From assembly GCA_963827165.1 (NCBI GenBank), contig CAWGZR010000005.1, positions 672,001 through 736,000 of the forward strand: DNA of 64,000 nt, read 5' to 3'. The notes below the pieces were generated by a model, which was not told where the DNA came from, searched no databases, and saw nothing but the letters and a program-made list of their open reading frames with translations. This DNA comes from Candidatus Bathyarchaeota archaeon. GTDB taxonomy: Archaea > Thermoproteota > Bathyarchaeia > Bathyarchaeales > Bathycorpusculaceae. Position 1 is the first letter of the stretch. Each line of letters opens with the position of its first letter. Positions 1 through 9,686 of this stretch are shown here, in pieces. The translations under genes were made by a program, and so were the position numbers.

Positions 1-827
1 GATTCCATCGCAGTGTCGAACATCTTTATAGCTACGGCGCTCATTTTCTCTATTTTTTCTGAGACATCACAATTCAACTTGTGTTTAAGCGCCAAAACGT
101 TATCCGCTATCTTAACTGCGTGGTCAGCAGTCCGTTCTATTGACTTTGTGACAAGACGGTAACCCAAGGAGTCTTTACCGCTTGCAAGGCCAATTTCTTT
201 GCTTACTCGTGGGTTTTGCATTGCCATCTTTAGCTGCCTTATCACATAAAGATTGAATCTGTCTACTTCGTTATCCGTGGTCATGACATCTTTTAGCAGT
301 AAATTATCGTTTGCGTTAAGACCTAATATAGCGTCTCTGTGCATCGATGCTGTAATTATACTCATTCTTCTCAATGCGCTTTGAATAGTCAATTCAGGGT
401 AACTCAATAGGACCTGCAAAATCAGCTGAGCGGAAGTGTCGGTCACAATTTCGGTCCCAACAAGCATTCGCCGAACAAAAGCCTTCATGTCATGTCTTTG
501 CTTGGACGATAATTGTTGTTTGTCTGATCTAACATGGATTGAATTATAACCTGATAGATAGGCTGACACGATCTTTCTGTTAATCATTTCAGTGTCGTCG
601 TCTGGGCGAACCATGATTGTTGCTTCATCAAGCTTTTTCTTTAATTTGGTGCTCGGGGGAACTATCGTTAGAGATCCGCCTTCTTCTTCATGGAGTCTTA
701 TGAAACTTCCTTTTTTAATTTGATTTTGCTCAATCCAGTTTTTCGGCAACGAAATAATGTATGTAGAGCCGCCTGTAAACTGAATTTTTCGTGTTTCATC
801 GTCCACTTTTGGCTGCCACAAAGTCAT
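1..827 (-). CDS. phoU: Archaeal phosphate uptake regulator (AbrB-like N-terminus plus PhoU repeats), 3' end outside window
   Basis: Manual translation from ATG at 827: MTLWQPKVDDETRKIQFTGGSTYIISLPKNWIE, the typical archaeal AbrB-PhoU N-terminus; divergent from pstB. Confidence 0.85.
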   Translation of the reverse strand, partial: MTLWQPKVDDETRKIQFTGGSTYIISLPKNWIEQNQIKKGSFIRLHEEEGGSLTIVPPSTKLKKKLDEATIMVRPDDDTEMINRKIVSAYLSGYNSIHVRSDKQQLSSKQRHDMKAFVRRMLVGTEIVTDTSAQLILQVLLSYPELTIQSALRRMSIITASMHRDAILGLNANDNLLLKDVMTTDNEVDRFNLYVIRQLKMAMQNPRVSKEIGLASGKDSLGYRLVTKSIERTADHAVKIADNVLALKHKLNCDVSEKIEKMSAVAIKMFDTAME

Positions 828-1077
828 CCCTTCTCACGCCCGACCTAACAAGTATAGTTTTCCCTATTGGTTTACATAATAAATCTCTTCGCTAAAGAGA
901 TTATATATTGAATCATATTCTATGATGGCTATTGTGGAAACCAATATTACACAAAGACCTTCTTCATTGTCACTGCAAACAAGCTGGAAAGATTCAAACG
1001 TGAAAAAAAAGACTCAACCAAAAGGCTTCACATATTGGATTTCACATTTTACCTTCCTGAATCAGAGGCGATATTAA

Positions 1078-1830
1078 TTGGGGAAAGTGGAAACTAAGAA
1101 ATTCAACCTGTGGTTCAAGAATAATCACGTTTTAAAAGACGTCGATTTCACAGTCCAAGAAAATGCCGTAACAGCTATCATGGGACCTTCAGGATGTGGC
1201 AAATCTACGCTTCTGCGTTCAATTGATCGCATGAATGATCTCATCACTGGCTGTCGTACACAAGGAGAAATACTTTTTGACGGCCAAAATATCTATGCTG
1301 AAGACAGCAACGTTTACGAGCTGAGAAGAAGAATAGGCATGGTTTTTCAAAAGGCTAATCCGTTCCCAAAATCGATTTATGAAAACGTGGCTTTTGGTCC
1401 AAAAATACACAGCATGGCAAAAGGTGAAAAACTCGATGAATTTGTGGAGAAAAGCCTTAGAGGAGCTGCTTTATGGGACGAGGTTAAAGACCGTCTACAC
1501 GAAAGTGCCTTTGCCCTTTCAGGAGGCCAGCAACAGCGGCTTTGTATAGCGCGTGCGTTGGCAGTGGAGCCTGAGCTTATTCTGATGGATGAGCCCTGTA
1601 GTGCTTTGGATCCTGCCGCGACCCTAAAAATCGAAGCGCTCGCTGCTGAGCTTAAGAAAAAGTATACTGTTATTATTGTGACTCATAATTTGCAGCAGGC
1701 GGCTAGAGTGTCTGATTTCACTGCTTTTATGTACGTCGGGCAGTTGATTGAATTTGATGATACGAAAACTCTGTTTGAGAACCCGCGGAACCAGTTGACT
1801 CAAGACTACATTAAGGGTCAGTTCGGTTAG
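1078..1830 (+). CDS. pstB: Phosphate ABC transporter ATP-binding protein
   Basis: Walker [45 protein letters not shown]-terminal YIKGQFG. Confidence 0.95.
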   Translation: MGKVETKKFNLWFKNNHVLKDVDFTVQENAVTAIMGPSGCGKSTLLRSIDRMNDLITGCRTQGEILFDGQNIYAEDSNVYELRRRIGMVFQKANPFPKSIYENVAFGPKIHSMAKGEKLDEFVEKSLRGAALWDEVKDRLHESAFALSGGQQQRLCIARALAVEPELILMDEPCSALDPAATLKIEALAAELKKKYTVIIVTHNLQQAARVSDFTAFMYVGQLIEFDDTKTLFENPRNQLTQDYIKGQFG

Positions 1831-1921
1831 GTTAACGTGCTTGCATATTCTTATTAGAAATCCTGTTTTCTTTTTCATAAATCTTAAGTCTTACGAGTAA
1901 CTTAAGTGCCTTGGATCACAC

Positions 1922-2164
1922 ATGACCCTAGACCAAAAACTAACCCACCGAATCAATTTACTAGTACACAGCGTGGGCTTAAGCTGCCTTGGCGGCGCAA
2001 TCTTTCTGCAAATACTCGTCTTCTCAACCATACTCTTACAAGGGTACTTCCGAGCTGTAGAAACCAACCCTGCAATACTAGTGCTGGAAATAAGCCTCAC
2101 AGCCTTCTCAGCAGTCTATTTCCTCTACCTCTACCAAAAAGTGATCCGCACCTCCATGTCCTAA
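1922..2164 (+). CDS. Small two-TM membrane protein, unknown function
   Basis: 80 aa with two hydrophobic helices; the most protein-like of the overlapping ORFs here. Confidence 0.65.
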   Translation: MTLDQKLTHRINLLVHSVGLSCLGGAIFLQILVFSTILLQGYFRAVETNPAILVLEISLTAFSAVYFLYLYQKVIRTSMS

Positions 2165-2414
2165 AGCAAAAGTGTTGGCTCCCACGCTTTTGAAACCGCT
2201 CTGATTTTTGTTGTTAGCTTTGCAGATGTCTTCAGGGCGTACGCAAGGCCTCCCAGAAATTTCTTAATTCACACTTCTGTTCAAGTAGTCGCCGCAAAAA
2301 GTGAAGTTCTGAGGGCAGCTTTCGTCCACAGGCGCGAATCGCCACTCCCCTGAGCTTCCTCAAAATCAGCAAGTTTTCCTCCATACATTTTGAACCGATA
2401 CCGTGGAATCCGGG

Positions 2415-2588
2415 TTAACCCTTGTCTGCCTTTTCGAGGAGCTGGTTGATGAGCTGAAGGTCTTCTTGGATGTTTTCTTTACGCCGGCATCGAGCCAGGA
2501 GCGTACGGTAGCCATCGAGTTTTTCACCTTTTTTCAGATACCTTTTGATTATGTGTCTTTCGTTGTCAGTTAGAATGTATTTTCTCAT
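2415..2588 (-). CDS. Small hypothetical helical protein
   Basis: Likely start MRKYILTDNERHIIKRYL (ATG at 2588) inside the 92-aa ORF; charged, natural composition. Confidence 0.55.
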   Translation of the reverse strand: MRKYILTDNERHIIKRYLKKGEKLDGYRTLLARCRRKENIQEDLQLINQLLEKADKG

Positions 2589-2777
2589 CTCGGTCGCCCG
2601 AGTTTTTTGAGTGCAGAGTAAAATATTAATGTTACTGGCGTTGTGATACTGTTGTAGTAGCGGCATTAGTTCGAACACTTCGATATGAAACACAGATTTG
2701 CCGATGCATCGTTCGATTTGCTTAGGAAAATGTTAAATACAATTCAAAACAAAGTAGGGAATCGGGAGAGCGGCTCT

Positions 2778-3000
2778 TTGGAAATTACAAGCAAGCTTTT
2801 TGTTTGTCCAAAATGCGGTAAACAAAGTTTTTCAATTCATAGAAAAACGTATGAAAATATAGTGAATTGCCTTTTGCGATAATTGCCATCTTAATTCTTC
2901 ATTTGAACCCTCAAGAGAAGCAAATTATGACATAAACAGATCTTGGGAAGAATTTGCAGCAAACTACAAAATCCGCCAGATAAGCAACCCCATGTCCTGA
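2778..3000 (+). pseudogene. Frameshifted Elf1-like zinc-ribbon protein
   Basis: TTG start gives LFVCPKCGKQSFS; removing one base near 2865 continues as IAFCDNCHLNSSFEP...WEEFAANY to TGA at 2998-3000. The FxCPxC...CxxCxL spacing resembles Elf1. Confidence 0.55.
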
Positions 3001-3433
3001 TAGGTTCGAAGAAGTAGCAGCCTTAGTTTAAAAAATGATTTCTTTGTTGCCCTCGCAATGTACATTATATCGGTTTTACCTGAAATTTTCCGAGAAATTT
3101 TCGGCGCGCTGCGAAATAGGGCATCTTTTAATTCTGATTTTTTGTAATCGTTCTTCTTTTTGCTCAAAACGATTACACCCTGATAATCACCGCAAAAACT
3201 CTAGCACTTGCTATTGGGATGAAAAATACTTTGCGTGAGGGTAAAACTATGTAATTCATAGAAAAGCGAAGTAAGCCGATATTCAAATTTTATCATGAAC
3301 TCAGGATCATTAGTTTTTTTGTTATCTTTGTGAGTGGAATAAATCGAGAAAGTCCGGCGATCATACCAAACCACCTAATTTTCAGGTTCAAGCCCAAGGG
3401 AAAACCTTAACTTTTCAGTAGAAGAGATAAACA

Positions 3434-3742
3434 GTGGATAACATGCGAAGGTTTGAGGAAATAAAGGGCACTTTAGCCAAGCACAAACAGGAATTGCGGC
3501 GGGATTTTGGTGTTAAGCAGATAGGTGTCTTCGGGTCTTACGTTAGAGGCGAGCAGAAAAAACAAAGCGACATCGATTTATTGGTTGAGTTCGAGGAACC
3601 TTCAAACCTAACACTTCTAGACTTCATCAGATTGGAAAATTCATTAAGCGAGATGCTGGGTGTCAAAGTAGATTTAGTAGAAAAACAAACTCTTAAGCCA
3701 AGAATGGGCAAACACATCCTTGAAGAAGTTGTCAACGTATGA
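3434..3742 (+). CDS. Minimal nucleotidyltransferase (MNT) antitoxin
   Basis: GVFGSYVRGEQKKQSDIDLLV motif and VKVDLV; overlaps the HEPN gene by ATGA. Confidence 0.92.
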   Translation: MDNMRRFEEIKGTLAKHKQELRRDFGVKQIGVFGSYVRGEQKKQSDIDLLVEFEEPSNLTLLDFIRLENSLSEMLGVKVDLVEKQTLKPRMGKHILEEVVNV

Positions 3743-4086
3743 AAAATGAATATTTGGATTACGTTGAGGACATAATCAAGGCGATGGATGACGCCTCAAA
3801 ATTTGTCAAAGACCTGAATTATGACTCTTTTGTAAAAGATAGAAAAACTGTTTACGCCGTTATTAGGGCCTTGGAAATTATTGGAGAAGCAACCAAAAAT
3901 ATCCCTTCCGGCGTCAAGAATCAATACCCTGAGATTCCATGGAAAGATATGGCTGGAATGCGAGACAAGGTAATTCATGCTTATTTTGGGGTTGACTTGA
4001 AAAGAATTTGGAGCACCGTTAGCAGCGATATTCCGAGTTTGAAAGCTTGTTTTGAAAAGATGCTTAGGGAAAATGAGAACCGATAG
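3739..4086 (+). CDS. HEPN (DUF86/HepT-like) ribonuclease toxin
   Basis: LEIIGEA and PWKDMAGMRDKVIHAYFGVD containing the Rx4H motif. Confidence 0.92.
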   Translation: MKNEYLDYVEDIIKAMDDASKFVKDLNYDSFVKDRKTVYAVIRALEIIGEATKNIPSGVKNQYPEIPWKDMAGMRDKVIHAYFGVDLKRIWSTVSSDIPSLKACFEKMLRENENR

Positions 4087-4136
4087 AATGGTTACGAATA
4101 CACTTTTATCAGGCATCACGAGTTTGCAAATTAAAT

Positions 4137-4209
4137 GCGGTCGCAGTCTAGTTTGGTCTAGGACATCAGCACGCCACTCTGATGTCCGCGTTCAAATCTC
4201 CCTGCCGCA
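4137..4209 (+). pseudogene. Degenerate tRNA-Gly(GCC)-like sequence
   Basis: GCGGTCG..GTCTAGTTTGGTCTAGGAC..TCAGC-ACGCCAC-TCTGA..GTTCAAATC..CTGCCGCA. D arm and TTCAAAT loop are recognisable; acceptor and anticodon stems each have a mismatch, the T stem is broken and position 33 is C. Confidence 0.7.
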
Positions 4210-4871
4210 CTAATTATCAATAAGGCGTTATGTTCCATCATTTGCTCTTAATTATCGCCTAAGTTTTGTGAAAGCTAAAGATCATCGCTGATTTCCAACC
4301 ATTCGCCAAAGAGGTTGTCTGTTGTTAGTTTATCCCTTGATTGACAATTGACAGTTTGACTTCTTTTTGAAAAACTGTTTGAACTATCCGCCCTATCTCT
4401 CCTGAATCAATATGGTTAAGCCTTTCAAGCTCAATCTCAATACCGAGTAGTTGAGGTTGCAAGGGATGAATATAGTAATCTGGTAAAATCGTTCGCGGAC
4501 ATTTTCGCTTGGGAACTTCGCATTGAGTAAGTAATGTTGAAGGAATTCTCGATATTCTTATTCGTTAAAGGTTCATTCGTGATTAACTCTCTGATCATAA
4601 CAAAGTTTTGTGCTTCGGTTTTGCTAGTGGCATTCGTTGACGATTTGACTTCTTTTGCGATCAGAAGACATAAACGAGAACTTGAAACTTTTTTCAGGCT
4701 CCAGCTTGACATTTCGTGTTAAATCCGTGTGCTGTTTTTATTCTCCGAATAATGAAAATAACGTGCACCTGAACCTAACTGCCTGAGTTTTCACTGCCTT
4801 TATTCAACGCTCAAGCTTCTGTTCCTCAATAATGTAAAAACTTATTTGCTTGTGGGAAATTATGTCCTCTC

Positions 4872-5135
4872 ATGACAGAGCAAATCGAGGCTGTCATAAA
4901 GGTTTCACCTAAAGGTCAAATTGTAATTCCCAGAGAGATTCGAAAGAAATTGGGCCTAAAGGGAGGCGAGAAACTTTTAGTTCTCACTCGCGACGGCGAT
5001 ATATTGCTTAGAAAAGCCCAAGATATGTCCATGGAGGACATAGCTAAGAAAATTGGAAAGACAGTGCGAGAAGAGTCCATTGACGTTGACAAGCTTGTGG
5101 CTGAGGCTGTCGAGCGGGCAAGAAAGTCAAAGTAG
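4872..5135 (+). CDS. AbrB/MazE/SpoVT-family antitoxin
   Basis: KVSPKGQIVIPREIRKKLGLKGGE motif. Confidence 0.9.
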   Translation: MTEQIEAVIKVSPKGQIVIPREIRKKLGLKGGEKLLVLTRDGDILLRKAQDMSMEDIAKKIGKTVREESIDVDKLVAEAVERARKSK

Positions 5136-5532
5136 TCTTTGACACCAACGTCTGGGTTTCAATCTTCATGGAAGACGTTCTCTACGACGAGTTGTCACAA
5201 GCCAAGCATGAATTAACCGTTTACGTCAGCCAAGACATCCTTCTTGAACTATCGAAAGTTTTGCTGTATCCAAAAATATCTAAGGTTTTAGAGAAGAACG
5301 GGAATAGGTCAAAAAGACGTTATACGAGTGATCGCAGCGGATTGTAAGATCGTTGAGCCAAAGGTAAAATTGAAAATCATAAATGAAGATGAGGAAGATA
5401 ATAAAATAATAGAATGTGCCTTGGCTGCCAGAGCAGACTTATCGCTTCCGGAGAAGGAACGTTCTTGGACTTGTCAAGTTTAGGAAAACCAAAATACTTA
5501 CACCCAGAGAATTTTTCGACAATCTCACATGA
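5117..5532 (+). pseudogene. PIN-domain toxin pseudogene
   Basis: KVVFDTNVWVS, DEEDNKIIECALAARAD and KILTPREF segments lie in different frames; no start codon at the overlap with the antitoxin. Confidence 0.8.
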
Positions 5533-5619
5533 AACTTCCTCGTTTAAGATTCTCCAGTTTTTCTTTGCCTGTTCTACCATTGCTGATATTTAGGGTCAAA
5601 AAGGGCGGTCTTCGGCTGC

Positions 5620-6416
5620 TACTGATTCGAGCTCCAAACCAGAAACCAGCTAAAAGCAAAGAAATGCCTGGGCTAAAAAGTCGCAGATTATCATATGACC
5701 CTGCTTTTGGGGTTTTTTGGTCACGATATCTAACTTCTACATAAGTGGCGGTAATGGTCGCCTGTTGACTTTTGTTGACGTTAGTTGACTTTTATAGACT
5801 TTTGTAGACTATAGTTGACTTTAGTTGACTTTAGGAGACTTTAGTTGACGCAACCTGCAGGCGATTCAAGCTCAAAACTAAAAAAGCAGTCCAAAGCACA
5901 AAGGAAAAAAATTGCCGCGCCAAAAACCTGCTATCCGCTCCTTCTCCACAGTTTCTTCCAGCGATGTTTTGGGATGATTGTTGCAAGCGAATCAAGCTCC
6001 AAACCAAAAAATCGCAAACAGACAGCCCACCAACCACAATCCATAGACGTCTTTGCCATTGTTGACTGAAATTGCCTTTCTAAGATAATTTTAGAGAAAA
6101 ATAGAGATCTAAGGGATTCTGGGCGATTTTAAGAGATTTAGAGAGATTTTAAGACTCAACCTGCAGCTAATCCAAAGCCCTTTTCAAAAAACCAATCTAA
6201 AACAAAGAAAAAATCGTCCAGAAAATCCTCAGCTTGCCTTCTATGGCTTCTGTCTCGACATTTTCAAGCGATTATTTTAGCTTTTTTAGCTTAATCTAGC
6301 TTATTTTAGCTTATTATGGCTTAAAACAGCGCATTTTAGCTTGCGGTTGCGACCAAAACAATACCGATTTCAAAAAAACACTTCAAAACACAAACAAAAA
6401 ATTTGGGAGCGCAAAA
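5620..6416 (+). repeat. Array of non-coding modules: 10-bp tandem repeats plus conserved A-tract tail (locus 1)
   Basis: 9x TTAGTTGACT-like (5761-5850), about 7x AAGAGATTTT-like (6081-6152), 7x TTATTTTAGC-like (6272-6340), each followed by a related tail such as CAACCTGCAG..TCAAGCTC..AAAAAA..CAAA..AAAAAATT. Confidence 0.85.
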
Positions 6417-6494
6417 CTTCAATAACCCTGCGTATGCTTTAGCAGAAAGGTTATTACTTTTAGAGTTGCTTCAGTCGTAGCGGAGATATGTGAA

Positions 6495-7256
6495 GTGCCT
6501 CTTGTGTTTATGATTGGAACGGCTGGTTCTGGTAAGTCTTTGTTGACGGCGGCGTTTAGTGAGTGGCTCAAGATGTCTAAGCAGGATGTTGCGGTGGTTA
6601 ATTTGGATCCTGGAGTGCTAAAGCTTCCTTATAGTCCTGATGTTGATGTTCGCAACTATGTGGATGTCGGTGACATTATGGAGAAGTATGGGTTGGGTCC
6701 TAACGGCGCGTTGATTATGGCGGCTGATCTGATAGCCGATGAAATCGAAAACCTGAACCGCGACATTGAGGAGGCGCATGCTGACATCGTGTTGGTGGAT
6801 ACCCCTGGTCAAATGGAGCTCTTCGCTTTTAGGGCGAGTGGTCCATACATTGTTGATGAGTTAACGAGGGAACCTAAAGCGTTGATTTACCTCTTTGACG
6901 CTGTTTTCTCGATTAACCCGATGAATTACGTTTCAAACATGTTTCTCTCCGCCGCAGTTTACAACCGCTTCTTCCATCCGCAGCTGCATGTTCTCTCAAA
7001 AACCGATTTGCTTCCTAAGAAGGATGTGCAATCGATCGCTTCTTGGTCAGCTAATCCAAGGGCGCTTGAGGATGCGATTGAAGAAAAACTTCAAGGGACA
7101 AAACGCCTCTTTAGTCGTAACATGATGCAGGCGATTAACCGGCTGGGCTTGACTTTTCTGCTTATGCCTGTTTCTGCAAAAACCAACGAGGGCATGACAA
7201 ACATCAACACTACGCTTGAGCGAATACTCAACCAAGGAGAAAAATACACTACTTAA
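6495..7256 (+). CDS. GPN-loop GTPase
   Basis: GTAGSGKS, NLDPG, GLGPNGAL, DTPGQMELF motifs. Confidence 0.93.
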   Translation: MPLVFMIGTAGSGKSLLTAAFSEWLKMSKQDVAVVNLDPGVLKLPYSPDVDVRNYVDVGDIMEKYGLGPNGALIMAADLIADEIENLNRDIEEAHADIVLVDTPGQMELFAFRASGPYIVDELTREPKALIYLFDAVFSINPMNYVSNMFLSAAVYNRFFHPQLHVLSKTDLLPKKDVQSIASWSANPRALEDAIEEKLQGTKRLFSRNMMQAINRLGLTFLLMPVSAKTNEGMTNINTTLERILNQGEKYTT

Positions 7257-7257
7257 T

Positions 7258-7893
7258 TCATGGGGGAAGAAGGGTCCAGCTTGCCGCGAAGGCTCCTCGT
7301 TTAGCTCGAAGAGCTGAGTCGGCGCCTGCGATGATTACGACGTCGTTGTCTTCGGGCTCTAGCTGCCCAAGAATTTGGGTTGCTGCTTTTGGGTAATCTT
7401 TCTCTATGCAGTCGCTCACGGATTGAATGTGGAGATGGCCGTCTTTGAAAACAGTGACTAACGCTTTTTTTGCTCCACCTATAATGGCCGCGTCTCTTTG
7501 GTCGATTCCAGACTTAACCTTGTTTCCGCTGTTTTTAACTAAGAACGCAAAATTGAATTCGGCTTGGCTTAGTTCAGATTTAGTGATTTCCACACGTTTT
7601 GGGAAAAACTCTTCGAATTGGCACCATGTCTCTGCGCCCTTCTTTGTTAAGATGCACCCTTCCTTGGAGGTTTCAATTAATTCGGCGTTTCGAAGTCTGC
7701 TTATTATTGTACGCACTGCTCCGTCGCCGACACAAAGCTTCTTCGCCAATGTGTTTCTTCCCAGAGGCTTTTGAGACATTAGCTCAAGAGCGTAGAAAAT
7801 GTGGAAGACGGTGAAGGTTGTTGATGGTCCCGGAGCTTTTTTCCCCGCGATTTCTTGAATGAACTGTTTTAGGGATTCAGCCATTTTTTGCAC
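7258..7893 (-). CDS. Archaeal wHTH protein (DUF4443-like)
   Basis: PLGRNTLAKKLCVGDGAVRTIISRL HTH and SGIDQRDAAIIGGA motif. Confidence 0.75.
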   Translation of the reverse strand: MQKMAESLKQFIQEIAGKKAPGPSTTFTVFHIFYALELMSQKPLGRNTLAKKLCVGDGAVRTIISRLRNAELIETSKEGCILTKKGAETWCQFEEFFPKRVEITKSELSQAEFNFAFLVKNSGNKVKSGIDQRDAAIIGGAKKALVTVFKDGHLHIQSVSDCIEKDYPKAATQILGQLEPEDNDVVIIAGADSALRAKRGAFAASWTLLPP

Positions 7894-7946
7894 TGCTTTA
7901 ACATAGAGTAGCCTAGGCTTTATAATTTGTCAAAGGCGCAGACCTG

Positions 7947-8324
7947 TCAACGTCGGAAAGCGATGGCTGAAACCTCGACAAGCGCGCCTGCTTTTAACTC
8001 ACCGCCAACAGTGGCCCGCGCAGGAAACTCCCCATCAAAGAACTTCGCGTACTCATCGTTAAACTCCTCGAACAGCGCCATCGAAGAAAGGTAAACGGTA
8101 GTTGAAACAACATCTTTCATTGAGTACTCCGCAGCTTCCAAAACTGCTTTAATATTCTCCATAACCCGCTTTGTCTGAGACCCAACGTCGTCAGCTACTA
8201 TTTTGCCCTTCGCTGGGTCGATTGGCAGTTGCCCCGAAACAAAAAGCAATTTGCCAGCCATCATTCCTTGACTGTATGGACCCACCGGTTTTGGAGCTCT
8301 TTCACTGAATACGGTTTCTGTCAT
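7947..8324 (-). CDS. ridA: RidA/YjgF enamine-imine deaminase
   Basis: APKPVGPYSQG, SGQLPIDP, FPARATV, VEVSAIA; likely start MTETV at 8324. Confidence 0.9.
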   Translation of the reverse strand: MTETVFSERAPKPVGPYSQGMMAGKLLFVSGQLPIDPAKGKIVADDVGSQTKRVMENIKAVLEAAEYSMKDVVSTTVYLSSMALFEEFNDEYAKFFDGEFPARATVGGELKAGALVEVSAIAFRR

Positions 8325-8486
8325 CTTATCCCTCTTCATGTTGAGGGTCCTGGCGCTAAAAATGTTTTTTGCTGAACAAACATCAGCATTTTCGTTTTTT
8401 CGGTTGCTCGTTTGTAGAAAGATTTTTAAGAAAAACGGCAAGTATCTTATGTTCCATAACAACAACTTGGATGGAAACAGATTCTT

Positions 8487-9665
8487 ATGAGAATAAACGG
8501 AAAATATGTATTCACTTCTGAGTCAGTTGGCGAAGGACACCCCGACAAAGTTGCAGATCAAATATCTGACAGCGTGCTCGACGCAATATTCACCAATGAT
8601 CCCAAGGCAAGAGTCGACTGCGAAACCCTCGTTATGCAGGGAACCGTAATGATTACAGGCCAAATCACCACTTGCACCTATGTTGATATACCAAAAATTG
8701 TCCGCCAAACCCTCAAAGAAATCGGCTTCGACAACGCCAAAGACGGCTTAGACTGGGAAACCTGCGGCATCTTAGTTTCATTGACCGCACAATCTCCCGA
8801 CATCGCCATGGGCGTAAACGAATCTAAAGGTCACGAACAAGGCGCCGGCGACCAAGGCATGGTTTTCGGCTACGCAACAAACGAGACAAAAGAGCTTATG
8901 CCGCTGCCTATTATGCTGGCGCACAAACTCGTAAAAAGGTTAGCGGAATGCAGAAAAACAAAGCTTATTCCCTGCCTGCGTCCTGACTGCAAGTCCCAAG
9001 TTACAGTGGAATACGTGAATGGCAAGCCAAAATGCGTGAAAACCGTAGTCATCGCCGCACAAAACAATGGCGGACTCGAAGATGCAGCCCTCAAAAAAGA
9101 AATCATAGAGAAAGTTATCAAAAACGTCATTCCCGAAAACATGCTGGCTGAAGACGCAAACTACGTTATCAACGGCACGGGCAGATTCGTCATCGGCGGA
9201 ACATTGGCTGATTCAGGTTTAACTGGAAGAAAAATCATCGTCGACACATACGGAGGTGTTGGAAGCCACGGCGGCGGATGCTTCAGCGGCAAAGACCCCT
9301 CAAAAGTTGATCGTTCAGGCTGCTACATGGCAAGGTACATAGCCAAAAACATTGTTGCTGCAGGGTTGGCTGACCAATGCGAAATCCAAATTTCCTACGC
9401 CATCGGTGTTGCCCAACCAATCTCGGTGCTTGTAAACACATATGAAACTGGGAAGCTTCCTGACTCAAAGATTCTTGAGTTAGTGAATAAACACTTTGAT
9501 ATGAGACCCAAAGCGATCATCGACCAACTGGATCTTCTAAGACCAATCTACAAGAAAACTGCTTGTTTTGGGCACTTCGGAAGAGAAGAATCAGACTTTT
9601 CGTGGGAGAAAACCGATAAAGTCGACCTTCTCAAAGCGGAACTGGGAAACGCTAAAAAAGCGTAA
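8487..9665 (+). CDS. metK: S-adenosylmethionine synthetase, bacterial/eukaryotic type
   Basis: FTSESVGEGHPDK, GAGDQG, GRKIIVDTYGG, GGGCFSGKDPSKVDRS, GHFGR. Confidence 0.96.
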   Translation: MRINGKYVFTSESVGEGHPDKVADQISDSVLDAIFTNDPKARVDCETLVMQGTVMITGQITTCTYVDIPKIVRQTLKEIGFDNAKDGLDWETCGILVSLTAQSPDIAMGVNESKGHEQGAGDQGMVFGYATNETKELMPLPIMLAHKLVKRLAECRKTKLIPCLRPDCKSQVTVEYVNGKPKCVKTVVIAAQNNGGLEDAALKKEIIEKVIKNVIPENMLAEDANYVINGTGRFVIGGTLADSGLTGRKIIVDTYGGVGSHGGGCFSGKDPSKVDRSGCYMARYIAKNIVAAGLADQCEIQISYAIGVAQPISVLVNTYETGKLPDSKILELVNKHFDMRPKAIIDQLDLLRPIYKKTACFGHFGREESDFSWEKTDKVDLLKAELGNAKKA

Positions 9666-9686
9666 TCCCGACGCCCACTTTTTACC

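Noticed and set aside
2170-2245. Further degenerate module tails (also near 49670-49700)
   Set aside because: Only short matches (CCTGAAGAC, GCGAATCAAG); too weak without an HMM search.
2964-3238. Short ORFs between the Elf1-like relic and MNT
   Set aside because: The minus-strand basic ORF has an SD-like motif but no family signal; not supportable.
4220-4800. Possible genes at 4437-4722
   Set aside because: No recognisable motifs; likely decayed sequence.
5761-6340. CRISPR array interpretation of the repeats
   Set aside because: Units are contiguous degenerate decamers without unique spacers of regular length, and no cas genes are present.
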